DNA from: Antechinus flavipes
Lineage: Eukaryota
Assembly (NCBI RefSeq): GCF_016432865.1
Contig: NC_067399.1
Coordinates: forward strand, 400,024,001 to 400,088,000
Length of the DNA: 64,000 nt
Direction of reading: 5' to 3'
Position 1 is the first letter of the stretch; each line of letters begins with the position of its first letter. A model generated the notes under the pieces. It had not been told where the DNA came from and made no database searches. It saw nothing but the letters and a program-made list of their open reading frames with translations. Below, in pieces: positions 50,029 to 63,804 of the stretch. Both the position numbers and the translations under genes were made by a program.

Positions 50029-50689
50029 TTCAAGACTAAAACATTGCTTACCTTCTCTCATATCGCTTGACCTATTTTTGTTCCCCACTGCTGTTTCCAA
50101 ACTCTCCCTTTATCACCACCCCTGAGTAACCTTTCCTTCTTTGAAGTCTGCTTAAATAAAAATTTCCACCCAATCCATATTTGTAGCAACTATTGCATGC
50201 CAGTCTCCAGATTATTCTCTTCCTTTTCAGCATCTGGATCTTCCCTACATCTTGATTTAAACTGAAGGGCCTTTGAGTGTACCCACTAAATGTCTCTTTA
50301 TCTTAGAGACAAAAACAAAAACAAATTTTGGATCAGTGCTGTTATTCTCTTTTTCTTTTCACCTTGCCTTTTTGGCCTCATCTAGGTGAAAATACTTTTT
50401 TTTGTTAGACCTTTTTAGGTTTCTGTTTTATTTTTTTTTTATTGCTTTTGTTTTAGACAGGAATTGGATGAAATTTAAAGAATGAAAATTTCTTGTGCCC
50501 AGCCCAAAGCTGCTTCCAGCTTTTTCATAAGTTGTATATAGCTTAGAACTTTCTTTTCCCCAGAACCCTACTTATAATTCCCAGATTAGCCCACAAAATT
50601 TAAGCCTTAATGTAACTAAAATGCAGTGATTTTTTGGCAATGAAAAAAGTCAGCTCTTTTTTCAAAATTATTCATTTTTACCATTCATT

Positions 50690-52060
50690 TTTATTTTTAT
50701 TTTTTTCAAAACATTTTGGAACAAATAGAATTTTATTTTTTAAAATTACATTTAAAGTTAATTTTCAACCTTCATTTTAAATATCAAATTTTTCATCACC
50801 TTCCTTTTATTTCCTTTCTCCAAGACAGCAAGCAATCTAATATAAGGCATATGAAATCATAGAAACATATTTCCACATTTCATAAAAACATGTTTCCACA
50901 TTAGTAATATTGTAAAATAAGGAACAGAATAAAATGGAAAATTCACAAAGAACAAAAAGAAAAATCAAACAACAAAAAAAGCAAAAATAGTATATTTCAA
51001 TCTGCATTCAGACTCCATAGTTCTTTCTCTGGATGTGGATAGTATTTTCCATCATGAGTCTTTTGGAATTGTCTTGGATCATTAAATTACTGAGAAAAGC
51101 TAAGTGAAGCACAATTGATTATCACACAATATTATTACTTTGTACAATGCTCTCCTGGTTCTGTTTACTTCACTCAGTATCAGTTCATGTAATTCTTTTG
51201 TGTAAGTTTTTCTGAAATCTGAAAAGATATGCACAGTTTTAAACCATTCATTTTAAAATAAAATTTGATTTCAAAGTCTTTCCCTTCATCTAACCTCTCT
51301 CCCATACATCAAAAATAAAAGCAAAATGAAATTAATTATACATGTGAGTCATTCAAAACTTATTTTCATATTAGCCATGTCGCAAAGAAAAAAGCAAGAA
51401 AAATAAAAGAAATTTTTTAAAGTGTACTTTAATCTGTTCTCAGAGTTCATCAGTCGCCTTTATGGAGATGGATAGAATTTCATTATGAGTCCTTTGTAAT
51501 TGTCTTAGATAATTTTATTGATTTGACTAAGTCTTTCCCAGTTAATCATCATTACAATATTGCTACTGCTGTAGATGTTTTCCTGATTCTAGTCACTTCT
51601 CTTTACATCAGTTCATCAGTTTTTAAAACCATCCCCCTTGACATTCCTTTTAGAATAGTGTTATTCTGTCACAGTCATATGCCACACAACCTGTTCAATC
51701 ATTCCTTAATTGATGGACATTTTCTTTGCTTTATCATAAAAATGAGTTGCTATAAATGGCTTTGTACATATAAATTATTTCCCTTTTTCTATGTTCTCTG
51801 AATACAAATCTATATTGATATTGCTGGGCCACAGTTTTGTAGTCCTACAGACATAATTTTAAATTCTTCTCCAGAATGGTTGAACTAGATTATAACTCCA
51901 CCAACAGTCATTAGTGTAACTGTTTTTCTATATCCTCTTCAGCATTTGTCATTTTCCTTCTCTTTTATGTTTGCCAATCTGATAGATATGAGGTGGTATT
52001 TCAGAGACGTTTTAATTTGTAATTATTTAATCATTAATGATTTAGAACATTTAAAAATAC
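50690..52060 (-). mobile_element. Two adjacent L1 3' fragments
   Basis: The motif 'gagtc(ttttg/cttt)g(g/t)aattgtctt(g/a)gat' occurs at about 51055 and 51490. Confidence 0.75.
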
Positions 52061-52075
52061 GATTAAAATAGCTCT

Positions 52076-52225
52076 TTTGTAGATTTTGTAAATCTTTTTT
52101 GTGAACTGGGTGTGACTTAGAAGTCTTTTTTCTATAAAAGTCCTACTACAGTTGGTGATTGGTTTCTTAGGCTAGCCTACAAAGGCCCACTTAAGCCAGA
52201 ATCTGATTGAAATATTGTACTTTTG
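52076..52225 (+). mobile_element. Short LTR-like fragment related to the 10514-11133 element
   Basis: 16-bp exact match ACAAAGGCCCACTTAA (52179-52194 and 11062-11077); TATAAAA and ATTAAA present. Confidence 0.4.
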
Positions 52226-54334
52226 CAATTAAAAAAGTTAGTAATGGATTTAGAGCTGAGAGAGATCTTAGGAATCATGTATTTCATTTCCCCCTTATTT
52301 TTTTTGATGAGAAACCTGAGGACATGGTAAATTAAGTGACTTGCTCAAAGTAACACAATGAGTTAATAACAGAGCCAAGTCCTCTGGCTCAAAATCCAGT
52401 GTTCTTACACCAAATGCATAATCTTGTACATAGAAGACATTTAATAAATGTTTGTTGAATTAAATCACTCTTGCCTGGAATAAAAAGAAAAAGCAAACTT
52501 AGTCCCTTAACTAGATCTGGGATCTCCTTGGTCTGGATCTTTCGACCACTAATAAGGCTCCCTCTCTATCCATTCTCAGCTTACTCTGTTTTATTCTTAT
52601 CCAGCTCTTTCTATCCCTTCTCCATAAAATACCTGTCCAACCTACTGTAGGATTTCTTGAAGGTCTTTTAACATTTTGTGGATAACATTCAGGCTATCTA
52701 TTTGTTGTTGCCTAGGCAGTGTGATAAATAGAGTGTAAGACTTGAGTCATAAAGCACTGAGTTTAAATCTTGCCTCAGACCCTTACTAGGTGTGTGACCC
52801 TTATTAACCTACTAGCTATGTTACTTATGGAGTCACTGAATTTTTCTTATCCTTTTACATGTTAACTGGGACAGTGATAGCATCTACTTCATAGGGTTTT
52901 TGTGAATAGTAAATGAGATGATGGATAGATAAATGGATAGATGTTTTTTTTTTTTTTTTACAAAACTTCAATTGCTATATAAATATTATTTACTCTTATG
53001 ATTTTAATATTGTCCTTTGCTCTTGAGACATGACCAACTCACTTCCTCTTTTAGCTTTTTCTTTTAGTATTTTTTCCAGTTTATATGTTCAAGTCATTGT
53101 TGATAACGTGCCATAACCTATTTACATAAAGACTACACAATAAAAGTTTTTGTTCCTTTTATGTGCTTATGCCTGGGGAAAAGCAGGTATGATTAGAGAA
53201 TGAGAGACAATGTTCCATAATGGCAAAAGCCCTGGATTTGGAGTCTAAGACCTAGGTTATAATCCTGACTATCTTGCTTCCTACCTGTCTGACCTTGGAT
53301 AAGATTTTTGACATTTCTCGGGTTTTGTTTCTTTATCTGCAAAATGAGGGGGTTTGACTAATTCTTCTTTAAGGTTCTTGCCAGATTTTCCTGGGTGCAG
53401 TCTGGGCATGCATTTTGATTGGTTGCTGAGGTATAACATTCTCTCAGATTCTATTAAAATGACAGAATTTACTTTTTTCCCTTTCGGAATGATTCCATAA
53501 ATTGAAACTGGCAACTCTTCCCTCCCTTGGTTCCTGCTGTTAGCAAATGCATGAACTTAATATTCATGCTTTGCGTGTGTATAATCCTGAAGATCAGAAT
53601 TTGGAGGCTCACTGCAGAAACAGTAGTGTTGTTGCCCAGTTCATCCTGCAATAATCAAGCTTCTGCAGCTGCATCTTTACCTGCTACTTAATAGCTTGTA
53701 CCTTTGCCCTTTGCTTGTGCCAAAGCCTGGATCTCACCAAAGCATGCCATCTGTCTAGTTCTTTTTTGTTTATTCTCGGGTACCTATGATGTGCCCTTTA
53801 TCATGCTTTAACAGATCCTAGAGAGGACAGAGATCACAGAATTGAGCTCTGAAAAGGATCTTAGATATCACCCAGATGAATATTTTGTTGAAGCTAGCAA
53901 GGATCTTAGAAATTATCTAATCCTTCCTCCTTACTTTATAGATGAGGATACTGTAGCCTAGAGAAGTAAAGTGACTGGCTCCATATCTCACAGCTAATAA
54001 AGAGAAGAGCAAAATTTGATCTCAAGTCATCCTCTGCCTCCAAACCTAGTGCTGCCCATGTAATAACTTAAGTGACAGGGTTATTGGAAAATAGAACTCA
54101 TAAGGACTGCAATACTCAGATGTAGTGGACTCAGCAGAACTCACCAACAGGACCCAGGAAATAGCTGCCATTCACAAATCATAATCAGGGTTAAAAGGAA
54201 GCAAAGTAAACTTAGCTTCTTAGGCTTATTGAACCTGAAATCTGATGAATGGGAGCACCATGGAGAGCTCCAGCATTTGAAAAGAAAGAAAAGTTGATCT
54301 GGAGTCATTTGTTGTCAAATCAATTCAATAAGCT

Positions 54335-55760
54335 AGTTAATCAAAAAGTATTTATTAAGCACCAAATTAAACATTCCAAATAGTATATTAGGCATAGAAG
54401 TTCCAAAGATAACCATTAAACATCCCCTGCCCTCAAAAAGTTTATACTCTAAGAGGAGAGACAACATATACAAAATATAAACAACATAATTTGGGGGGAG
54501 GAGGAGGCAGTAAAAGCTGGAAGAATTAAAAAAAGCTTCAAGTAGATATGATATTTGAACTGAGGCTTGATGGAAAGTAGAGGTTCTAATAGATGGAGCT
54601 GATGAGAGACTTCGTACCAATAATGGGAGGACAGCCATTGCAAAGATGTTAGGGAGTCAGGAGATAGAATGTTATGTGAGGAAAACAATAGGAGGCCAGT
54701 TGGATTGGAAATCTGTATTATAAGACTGTAAAGATAGATTGGAAACTAAGTTGGGAAAGTCTTTAAATGACAAATAGAAGAGTTTGTATTTGATTTTAAA
54801 GGTAATAGGGAGCTACTGAGCAGGAGAATAACGTGGTTAGATATGTGTTGTGGAAATATCACTTTGGCTGATGTAGGGAGAATCAATTGGAGAAAGGAAA
54901 TTTATGAGGCAGGGAACAAACATTTGTTAAATGCCTTCTACCTGCAAAGATCTTGTAATAGGTATGGGAATACAAGGATAGCTGGAACAGCTTCTGCTCT
55001 TAAAGATCTCACAATCTAATGAGGGCATGGTGGTGGGCAGGAAAGGACATTCATGATATCTGATACACAGGAGAGTGAGACTAAGTACAAAGGAAAGGTT
55101 CACACAAAGTCCTTTGAGGAAATTTGAGGAGGAACAGCTCAATTTCATCTACTATATCTGTCTGTCTAAGGGTCAAAGAGTGTCAGTAAAGGCTTGTGGA
55201 GGAAGTGGCATCTGAGTTGGACCTTGATGGAAGGAGAACTCTGCCAAATGGAGTTGGGAGTTCCCTCCAGAGCCACAGAGATAGTAGAAAGAGAAAGGAG
55301 GACAGAGAATAATCTAATCATCTGCAACATATAATATATAAAGGATAGTATGACCTAAGATTGAATAATTGGATTGGGGACAAGATTGTGGGGTTGTTTG
55401 AATTTGGAGTGAGCAGTCAGTATGGGAAACCACAAGTAATGGGGAAATACTGAAGATTTTTTATTTGTACAATAGTATAATTGTATTTGTGCATTTAGAA
55501 GATTCATATAGGGAAGGATGTGGAAAATAGATTGAAGGAAGGATAGATTGGAGGCAGGAATGTTCTATAGGGGTTGTTACATGATTTCTACATGAGAAAA
55601 AACAAGAGCCTAAGCAAGGAAGATTCTGTGAGAGTGGAGAGGAGAGACTAGATGTTCCCTTGGACATTTCCACTCCAGAGGCAGACAATTTTTGATCTAA
55701 AGGGACAGAGCCTGGTAAATCTCTAATATTAAAAGCTGTCTTCATCTCCCCAAACTTCTT
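54335..55760 (-). mobile_element. Two tandem L2 3' fragments
   Basis: 'aaaagtatttattaagcacc' and 'aacatttgttaaatgccttctac' resemble inverted L2 tails, each followed by purine-rich L2 body. Confidence 0.65.
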
Positions 55761-57759
55761 ATCTATGGACAATGCTCTGTCTCTGGGAGATGGGTGGGCT
55801 AGATGTGAGTTTCTTGAAGTATTTAGGCACCTCAGTTCCTAATATAAGAACCCTTATTTTCCCACTTGTCATCATTTTCCTGTTGTATCTTTCCCAACAC
55901 TCACTTCTGAAGGATGAGGATCAAGATTCTGGCAGGGAAATTCAACCCCTTATTTATAGAGGAGGATGCTGAGATGTGTAAGAACAGAAAACAACCATTT
56001 CTCTTAGATGGTTTCAGGGTTATTTATCTTCCTGAAAAACAGAGCACTAGATCGGGGATTAATCTCTTCTTGCTCTCTTATTCTATAACTAATGTTATAG
56101 TGAGATAACAGTGAAAATATCAACCACACCTATTACGATAGGAAGATATTCTTTGTAACCTGGTACCTATCAATTGAATATAAGTTTCTTGAGGTCAGGT
56201 TGTGTATTGCTTTTGCCTTTGCATCCTTAGTACCTCACAAAATGCTTTGTGTGCAGTAGGCACTTATAAAATGTATGTTGAGTTAAATTGGAAAAAAAGA
56301 TTCTGTTGGTGGGGACTTGTTTCTGAAAGCCTTGATATACTCTGGAACTCCTCTGCACCAGCTGGGCTCCCTTCCCTAAATGCTTAGGTACATAACGTTG
56401 CCAGGCAGTGTTTGTGGGAGCCTGAAGTACAGATACTTTAGAAAGGTAAACATTGTGGGCAAGTCCAGAGATAGAGTTTTCCATCTCAGTTATGACACAG
56501 TTAGCCAATTGCTTTGTCACAATGTGACCCTTCCTAATGCTTATTAGATCTCATGTCAAATAGATTGTGACCTTTGGAGTTGGGATAGAGGACTCTCCCT
56601 CATACCTTGCTATGAGCAGAGTCATGGGCTTGATGGTATGAGACGTGCAAAGGTGAGTAAGACATGGTGATTAGAAAACCGAATATAATAAAAGAAAAAA
56701 AACAGTGATGTTATAAGTTTGTGAAAAGAACTCTTCTAGCTTAGGGTTGAAATTAGAATCAGAAAAGAATTCAATGTTTGAGCTGAATCCTGAAGGATTG
56801 GTAAGTTTGGATAGTCTGTGGGATAGAAAAAAAAACATTATAGGTCCTAGGATCGTTGATTTAGAGCTATAAGAGATATTAGATGCCACTGATTAGGACA
56901 CTGAGGAACAGAAAAGTTAAGCGGTTTGCCCAGGATAATACAGCGAGTAAGTACCCATAACTTCTTAAGTTGAAGTCTAGCACCCTATCCATTTATGCCT
57001 TATTTAGAAGTAATGATATCATCAAATGTGTAGAGGCAAAGAAACATGAGATGTTTTCAGAGAAGAGGGAATAGTACTGTCTGATTGCAGAATGGGATAG
57101 TTCACAGATTGTAAGGTGAGAAATAGAAAAGATTTCAGGATCATCTAGTCCCCTTATCTTGCAAGGTGAGCCCCACAGAGGGTAAGTGATTTGTCTAAGC
57201 TCAAACAGGTAAATAAGTTTTTTTCTACAGCACTATGTTAAAGAGGAGCAGTAGGAGACAGAATATTAAGGGATGACATTATATGGTGGGAAAAGTTCTG
57301 GTCAGAGGTTCAAATCCAATATTTATTAATCATTACTTACATGACCTTGGTCAAGGCAATTCACTTACCAATACCTTATTTTTTTACCTGTAAATAATTA
57401 AGAGATTAGACTAGTTGATGTCTAAAGCTTTTCTAGCTCACAAACTTTTATTATAGTTTGGGCCAGAATATGGAGGACCTTTAATGCTAAGTTAGGGATT
57501 TTAAACTTTAGTGGGGAAGTACTTAAATAAGACCTCCATTAGTTCACATCCTCCATTTAGTCTTAATTTTGCCCTCTTACTTTCTGATTTTAGAGAAATC
57601 ACTTGAAATTTTTTGACCCATAAGATGGGTCAAAAGATGGTATTAGTAATCATTGCACTATATCCCCCTCACAGAATTGTTAGGAAGAAAATTCTTTTTA
57701 AAAGTAAAGTGATACATAAATGAAAGTCATTATTATGGTTACAATTATGATTATAATTG

Positions 57760-58300
57760 TTATCCCTCTTCTCAATGAACATATTGGTTTGATCTGTAAG
57801 ATCTATTCATTTGCTCAATCTTACCAGTTATATCTCTCCAAAAAGCTGGCTTCCATTTACTGCTCTTCACTTATAAATCCTCTCTCCTTGTTTAGGCCTT
57901 CTTCACTTCTCAGCTGGACTACTGCAATAGACTCCTAATTGGCTTCCCTGCTCCCCATCTCTTTTCTCTCTAATCTGTCTTCCATACAGAAGCCAAATCA
58001 ATATTCCTGAAATACAAATCTGAGCATGGTGTTCTTCCACTCAGAAATGTTCAGTGGCTTCTAGAATGAAATACAAAATCTTCAGGCTATCTCAATATGA
58101 TTCACATTTACCTTCCCAATAATATTTAATGGTCCTCATGTCTGTAATATGTTTTCTCCTCACTTCTACCTTGTAGAATTCCAAATTTCTCCAGAGCATT
58201 GCTTAGGTGCCACATTCTACTTGAAACATTTCTCAATCCCTCTGGTTGTTTGTTTTCTGATCCTCTTTAAATTCCTTTGTTTATCCTTTTTTATTTGAGA
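57760..58300 (+). mobile_element. L2 fragment
   Basis: 'ctggactactgcaatagactcctaattggcttccctgc'. Confidence 0.7.
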
Positions 58301-59189
58301 GACAGTGTGATGTAGTATAGTGTGTGGAGTATTGACGTAAGAGAAAGATCCAGGAATTAATGGAAAAGCATTTATTAAGCATTTATGTACCAACCACTCT
58401 GATAAGATACAATTAGAAAAGTGAGTCAGCCCCTGATTTCAAGGAGCTTCTATTATAATTGAGGAAAACAACATATAGGGGAAGGTCTAGTTTATGACAG
58501 ATCGGGAAGGCCAAATAGTTCTTAGATTCTGGCAAGGAAAGTAAGAGTCAAGGTCATAGAGACCTTGGAAAGCAATGGACAGAGCAGAAGGTTCTGGGTA
58601 TTAGTTGTAAGGATGAGAGTAGAATAGGGATCAGTGATACCTTCAGCAGAGATGAGAATCAGCAGTCCAGCTGACAATAGCATCCAGTGCCTGGTAGGAA
58701 TTAGGTAACGAAGGTTGGGTTGAAGAAGAGGAAAGTTTGTGGCTCCCTACCATAGACATCTGGTGGTGTTGGTCTTAATGTTCAGCTTCTCATTGGCAAT
58801 TTGTGATAGAAAGAGAAAGATTACTAGCTCCCCACTGTGTAATTCTTTGGTGACTCTGGTCCCCATTGATATAAAAGCACCATGCTATTCCAGCACTTAA
58901 GCATGATATCTGATACATAATAAATGCTTAATAAATATGTATTCATTGACTTATTGGTAAAGTGGCTAAAGACCTGATTGTGGAGTCATTTAAATCTGGA
59001 TTCAGCCTTCTGTCTGTCACATATTGGCCATGTAACTGGGCAAATCACTTCTCTCAGTATTCAAGAATTGTTTTTGTAGAGGGAGCTTCCTCACCTAGAA
59101 TTCCACACCTATATTAATGAAATCAGAGATCTCTACTAAAAACCTTAAATAATACCCCAGAACTTATATTTATAGTGGACATTTTATAA

Positions 59190-59230
59190 ACACCACTACC
59201 ACCACCACCACTACTACCACTACTACCACT
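59190..59230 (+). repeat. (CAC/TAC)n trinucleotide repeat
   Basis: caccactaccaccaccaccactactaccactactaccac. Confidence 0.9.
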
Positions 59231-59761
59231 CCATTAGAGTGAGCATCTTTGAAGACACTGACTTGGACTTTAATTCTTGGTTTTTGTTCTTGTTTACTTT
59301 GTATCCGCACAATTTTATATTGTCATAAACAATTTTACATCTAGAATTGTAATATATCAATATGCGGAGTCCTTAGGTATAGACTCCTTCCATCAAAGCA
59401 GATCAATAGCTCTTCTATAATGTAGTCTTAAAGGGCTCCCTGGGAATCCAGAAAATTGAATGGCTTTCCCTGGTCACATAACTAGTATGTCAAGAGACAG
59501 GATTTGAATCTAAGTTTTTCTGACTTGGAGGCTAGCTCTCTTTTTGTGAAGTCTACTGCTTCCCACTGACCAAACGTAGCAGGTCCTTAATTCATGTTTG
59601 TTAGATTGAATGGAGGTGAGTGAGAAATGAAAGTCAGCAAAGAAAAAATGATCATTTTGTCTTTTTGGTAAAACCTCCTGCAAGGAAAGTCATTTTTCTC
59701 TGGTGGTAGGAAGCATTCTATTATTTATTTGAATGTTAATTTGTAGTCTACAGAGAATCCC

Positions 59762-59785
59762 CTGCTGCTGCTGCTGCTGCTGCTG
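59762..59785 (+). repeat. (CTG)8 microsatellite
   Basis: Eight perfect CTG units. Confidence 0.97.
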
Positions 59786-60051
59786 CTAAGATGTCAGTGG
59801 ATTCATCAGGTTGAAACAAGCATTAATTAATAGATGGTAGATGTAGTTATATTCTGGTACTTGGTCCATCACTACCTAATATCTGGGACCTTCCTCAGAT
59901 GATAAGAGGGCTGAGCTCTTGGGGCTCACCAAATGACAGTCATCTCTGCTGCATTAACTCTGTTTGGGACCCTTTTGGTGTAGTGATGATAGCTATGGGA
60001 ATAATTGTTATCATTGCCATTGACTTACATTTCAATAGTACTTTCCACTTT

Positions 60052-60627
60052 AAAATGTGTGTTCTTCACAACCATCCTGTGAAGGTTGATGGCTTGCAGG
60101 GCCATCATTTGATACAAGAAGAAATTGAGATTCTGAGAAAGGAAGTGATTTCCTCAGTCATTTCTAAACAGTAGAAATGTGACAAGGAGAAAAGTTTGAC
60201 TTCTGAGGACATGGCTCTTTCCATAAGCCACATTGTGGTTTGAAGATAGCTAGCTGTGGGGACTTTTGCAGTACCTGGGCTTAGGCTGATCAATCTCACA
60301 CTCTTGGGAGAGGGAGAAGGAAGCATCACCCCAAAAAACAAAATGTGTGTTCTTCACAACCATTCTGTGAAGGTTGATGGCTTGCAGGGCCATCATTTGA
60401 TACAAGAAGAAATTGAGATTCTGAGAAAGGAAGTGATTTCCTCAGTCATTTCTAAACAGTAGAAATGTGACAAGGAGAAAAGTTTGACTTCTGAGGACAT
60501 GGCTCTTTCCATAAGCCACATTGTGGTTTGAAGATAGCTAGCTGTGGGGACTTTTGCAGTACCTGGGCTTAGGCTGATCAATCTCACACTCTTGGGAGAG
60601 GGAGAAAGAAGCATCACCCCAAAAAAC
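60052..60627 (+). repeat. 288-bp head-to-tail tandem duplication, 2 mismatches
   Basis: Copy 1 is 60052-60339 and copy 2 is 60340-60627; they differ at 60076/60364 (C/T) and 60319/60607 (G/A). Confidence 0.98.
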
Positions 60628-63600
60628 AAAGAGTCTGGGGGTAGTTCAGTCTCAGATGACAGAGGAACTGGCGGAACTAGACTTCCAGGCTTGTCTGGTG
60701 CTTACACTTTGTGAAGGGATAGGAACTGGGAGATCTGGGGTTTAGTGCTAATTTTGTATATGAGTAGTGATCTTGGCAACTAGTGTGCTCTTTCTCGATC
60801 CCAGTTTCCTCTTCTATTCTTGAATTCTAAGGCCATCCCTTCCAGCCCAGATGTTCCATGAATCTGTGAACTCTCAGTTTCCATGCATGAAGCTCACTGA
60901 GTGGGAATATTGATGTTAGGCCACAGAGAAAATAGCCCTTCCCGATTGCTCAGTGAAACTGATACCCGGCTTAGAGGGCCCAGAAGGTCCATGATGTTAG
61001 CGCTTCTTTCCAGATCTTTGCTCAACCTTACCCCCCTCATCATTTATCCCTTTCACCTGAGCCTCGGGGGAGGCGAGGTTTCTGGGTCCTCACCTCCTGG
61101 AGAGCTCCCTCACATTCAGGGGACATGATGCAGCATTTCACGGAGGCCTTTCTCAGGCTCCAGAGGAGAAGGTCAGCAGAGGCTCCCAGGCCCGAATCTG
61201 TCTCTTGCCTGGCCCAGATCCCAGCATTTGTGTCTGTCTGTGGCCACAGGAATTGATTAAGTGTGGATGGAGCCCAGGGAGATGGGGCGGATCTCACCAT
61301 GGCATTAACAAGCAAGAAGGGATGTGGGCTTGTAGGCAGGGGAGGAAGTGCTGAGCTCCGAGTCTGACCCCAGGCGACCTCTTTGTGGTTCTGATTCTCT
61401 GTCAGGAAAGTTGAGATCGTTTTAGTGGCTTTTTTAATGAGATTTGAGAGCCTGGGAAGAAACCTGCCGTGATGTGTGAGGAGCTATTATAAAAAGTGAA
61501 CTTTCAACTGGCCCTTTGCACACAATTCTTTTAACAGTAACTAGAGTAACCTGTTTTTTCTCCCTGGGTTTTCTTGTCTTCGTCCCAGACTTGGCCTGAT
61601 GCTGGGCCTTGCAAACAGTAGGAGCCGAACTAGATTAGAAGAATTGGGACGTGGTTTCACATTGCAATTGCTTCATTTTCCATTTTGTATTTTAATCATC
61701 CAACTGCCCAGAATGAGCAGAGCCCCGTGCTTTGAACATAGTAGGCTTTCAATAAATACCAGTTTTATTGCTTGTTGAATTAACATGTCCCAGGTAGGAC
61801 CCTGCTGAGATTTGAGACCAAAAGCCCTGCTAGAGCTTGTAATCACTACTGACCAGCAGGGAGTTGTTCACAGAATCATAGCTCCGAGACTGAAAGAGGA
61901 TAAAGTCCTCATTTTGCAGATGTGATTACTTAAACTCAGAGGTGAAGTGATTTCCCCCAAATCATACAGATAGCAAAGATCCTGTGACTCCAAGTTCAGT
62001 GTTGACTACAATTCAAAAGTTCAGCTACTATGAAGAGAGCCAAAGCTGATGGTTGCTTCTTGCTTGGAAAGGCCAAATTAGGAAATAGAAGTGACCCATC
62101 TAAAACAAACATGTTACTCAGTTTTACAGAGATAAAGATTGAAAACTTTCTTTATGTGTATTTGGAAAAATAAAATACTATTAAAAACTAAAAAATAAAA
62201 CAAAAATGTTAGTTTTTCCTTTATCAAAACTTATATCCACATCAGAGTCTCCTTCTGATGACAGCCAAAATGGGTTTGGTGAGTGGGCGATAGTAAGAAC
62301 AGCTGGCAAAAGCTTGCTCAGCAAAGCCAGGATTGGAGCTGAGAGCCAAACAAGAAGATAGGTCTTGTTCTGAGTTGAGAAATGATAGCCAGAGTTCTTT
62401 AAAGAAGACAAATTATATTAATAGTGCCTTGTCAAATCTTCCCTTTTTTAAGGTACTCAAGATCTCTTTAGAGGGACTTTTATGGAAATGTTTCCATAAA
62501 TTCACAAGGGCTTTCTTAATGGGAGCTGAGGTTGGGGATAAGGGAGAGAATCTAGTACTCAAAGTTTAAAAAAAAAGACAATGTAAAAATTGTTTTAAAT
62601 GTAACTGCGAAAAATAAAGATATTAAAGATCTCCTTAGAGGGGTCATGTTTCCTGCAGGGTTTTAGAATCTTTGACTTCCTTATCTGAGGAGTTGGAAGG
62701 GAGAGGTAGAACAGAAAGAACTAGATGATATAGTATGGTGGACAGAGCTAGGAGACTTGGAATTAAGTAAATTCAGTTTGAGGTCCAGCTTGACTACTTC
62801 TTAAGTCTGTGGCATTCTATGACTCTGCAAATCTTGATTCTGAGTCAAAAAAGGGATATGTATATAGAAGGAACATAGGTTCTCCAGCCCCAGAAGTGAG
62901 TATTCCCCCACTCTTTCCTTATTTTCCCTTAACATACATATTCCATGTATGATCCCATGATCATAGGAAATAGAATAGCTTGTCTCAATGTATTCTTCCC
63001 TAGGAAAGAAAAAAATAGAAATAGAACATTAATAATAACGGATATATAACACTTAAGTTTTGAAAAATGCTTTACATTTATTGTCATATTTGAGCCTTTC
63101 AGCAGGCTCAAATATAAGGTAACAGTGTTATTGTCTTGGGTACTCACACATTAAACATTTTTTGAATGAGAAAATTGAGGGTTGGAGAGATTAATTTATT
63201 TGTCCAAGATCATATAACTAGTATTTGTTAGAGGCAGAATTTCAATCCAGGTTTCTTTTGATTCAAAGCCCATCCATTTACCCCCTATTATCTCACAGTC
63301 GTCCTTTAGTGGCTAGTGTGTGCAAGGACTTGGGAGTACAGGGATAGATGTGACAGACACTGCTATCAAGGAGCTTACTATCGAATATCTGATTTATTTC
63401 CTGGAGGGACATAACATGAATAGTTGTTTTTCTCTCTGATTTGTCTCAAACAAGGAGAATCTGATGTGATGTAAGTTTTGATAAAGAGAAAACTAACATA
63501 TTTGTTTTATTTTTTTCAGTTTTTAATAATATTTTATTATTTTCAAATACATGTAAAGGTAGTTTTCAACATTCATCTCTGTAAAACCTTGTAACATGTT

Positions 63601-63804
63601 TGTTTTACATGAGTCATTTCTGTTAAGTGCACTTCCCCTCACCTGCCCTCCAATGTTCCAATATTTATTGAAATTTGTGTCTATAATGTTTAGATCTCTA
63701 GTAGAACTCAAGTGAATATTCTCTTCTGGGTTGGAGAAAGACTGCTTGGGAAGAGCCCTTTCCTACTCTAAACCATTTGGGCAGCAGCATTGTTTTCTTG
63801 AGTT

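Noticed and set aside
59762-59785. (CTG)8 as a polyQ/polyL coding tract
   Set aside because: No surrounding ORF or splice context.
60105-60629. Duplicated 78-aa ORFs as a tandem gene pair
   Set aside because: They follow from the 288-bp duplication, which includes SINE-derived sequence; no coding signature.
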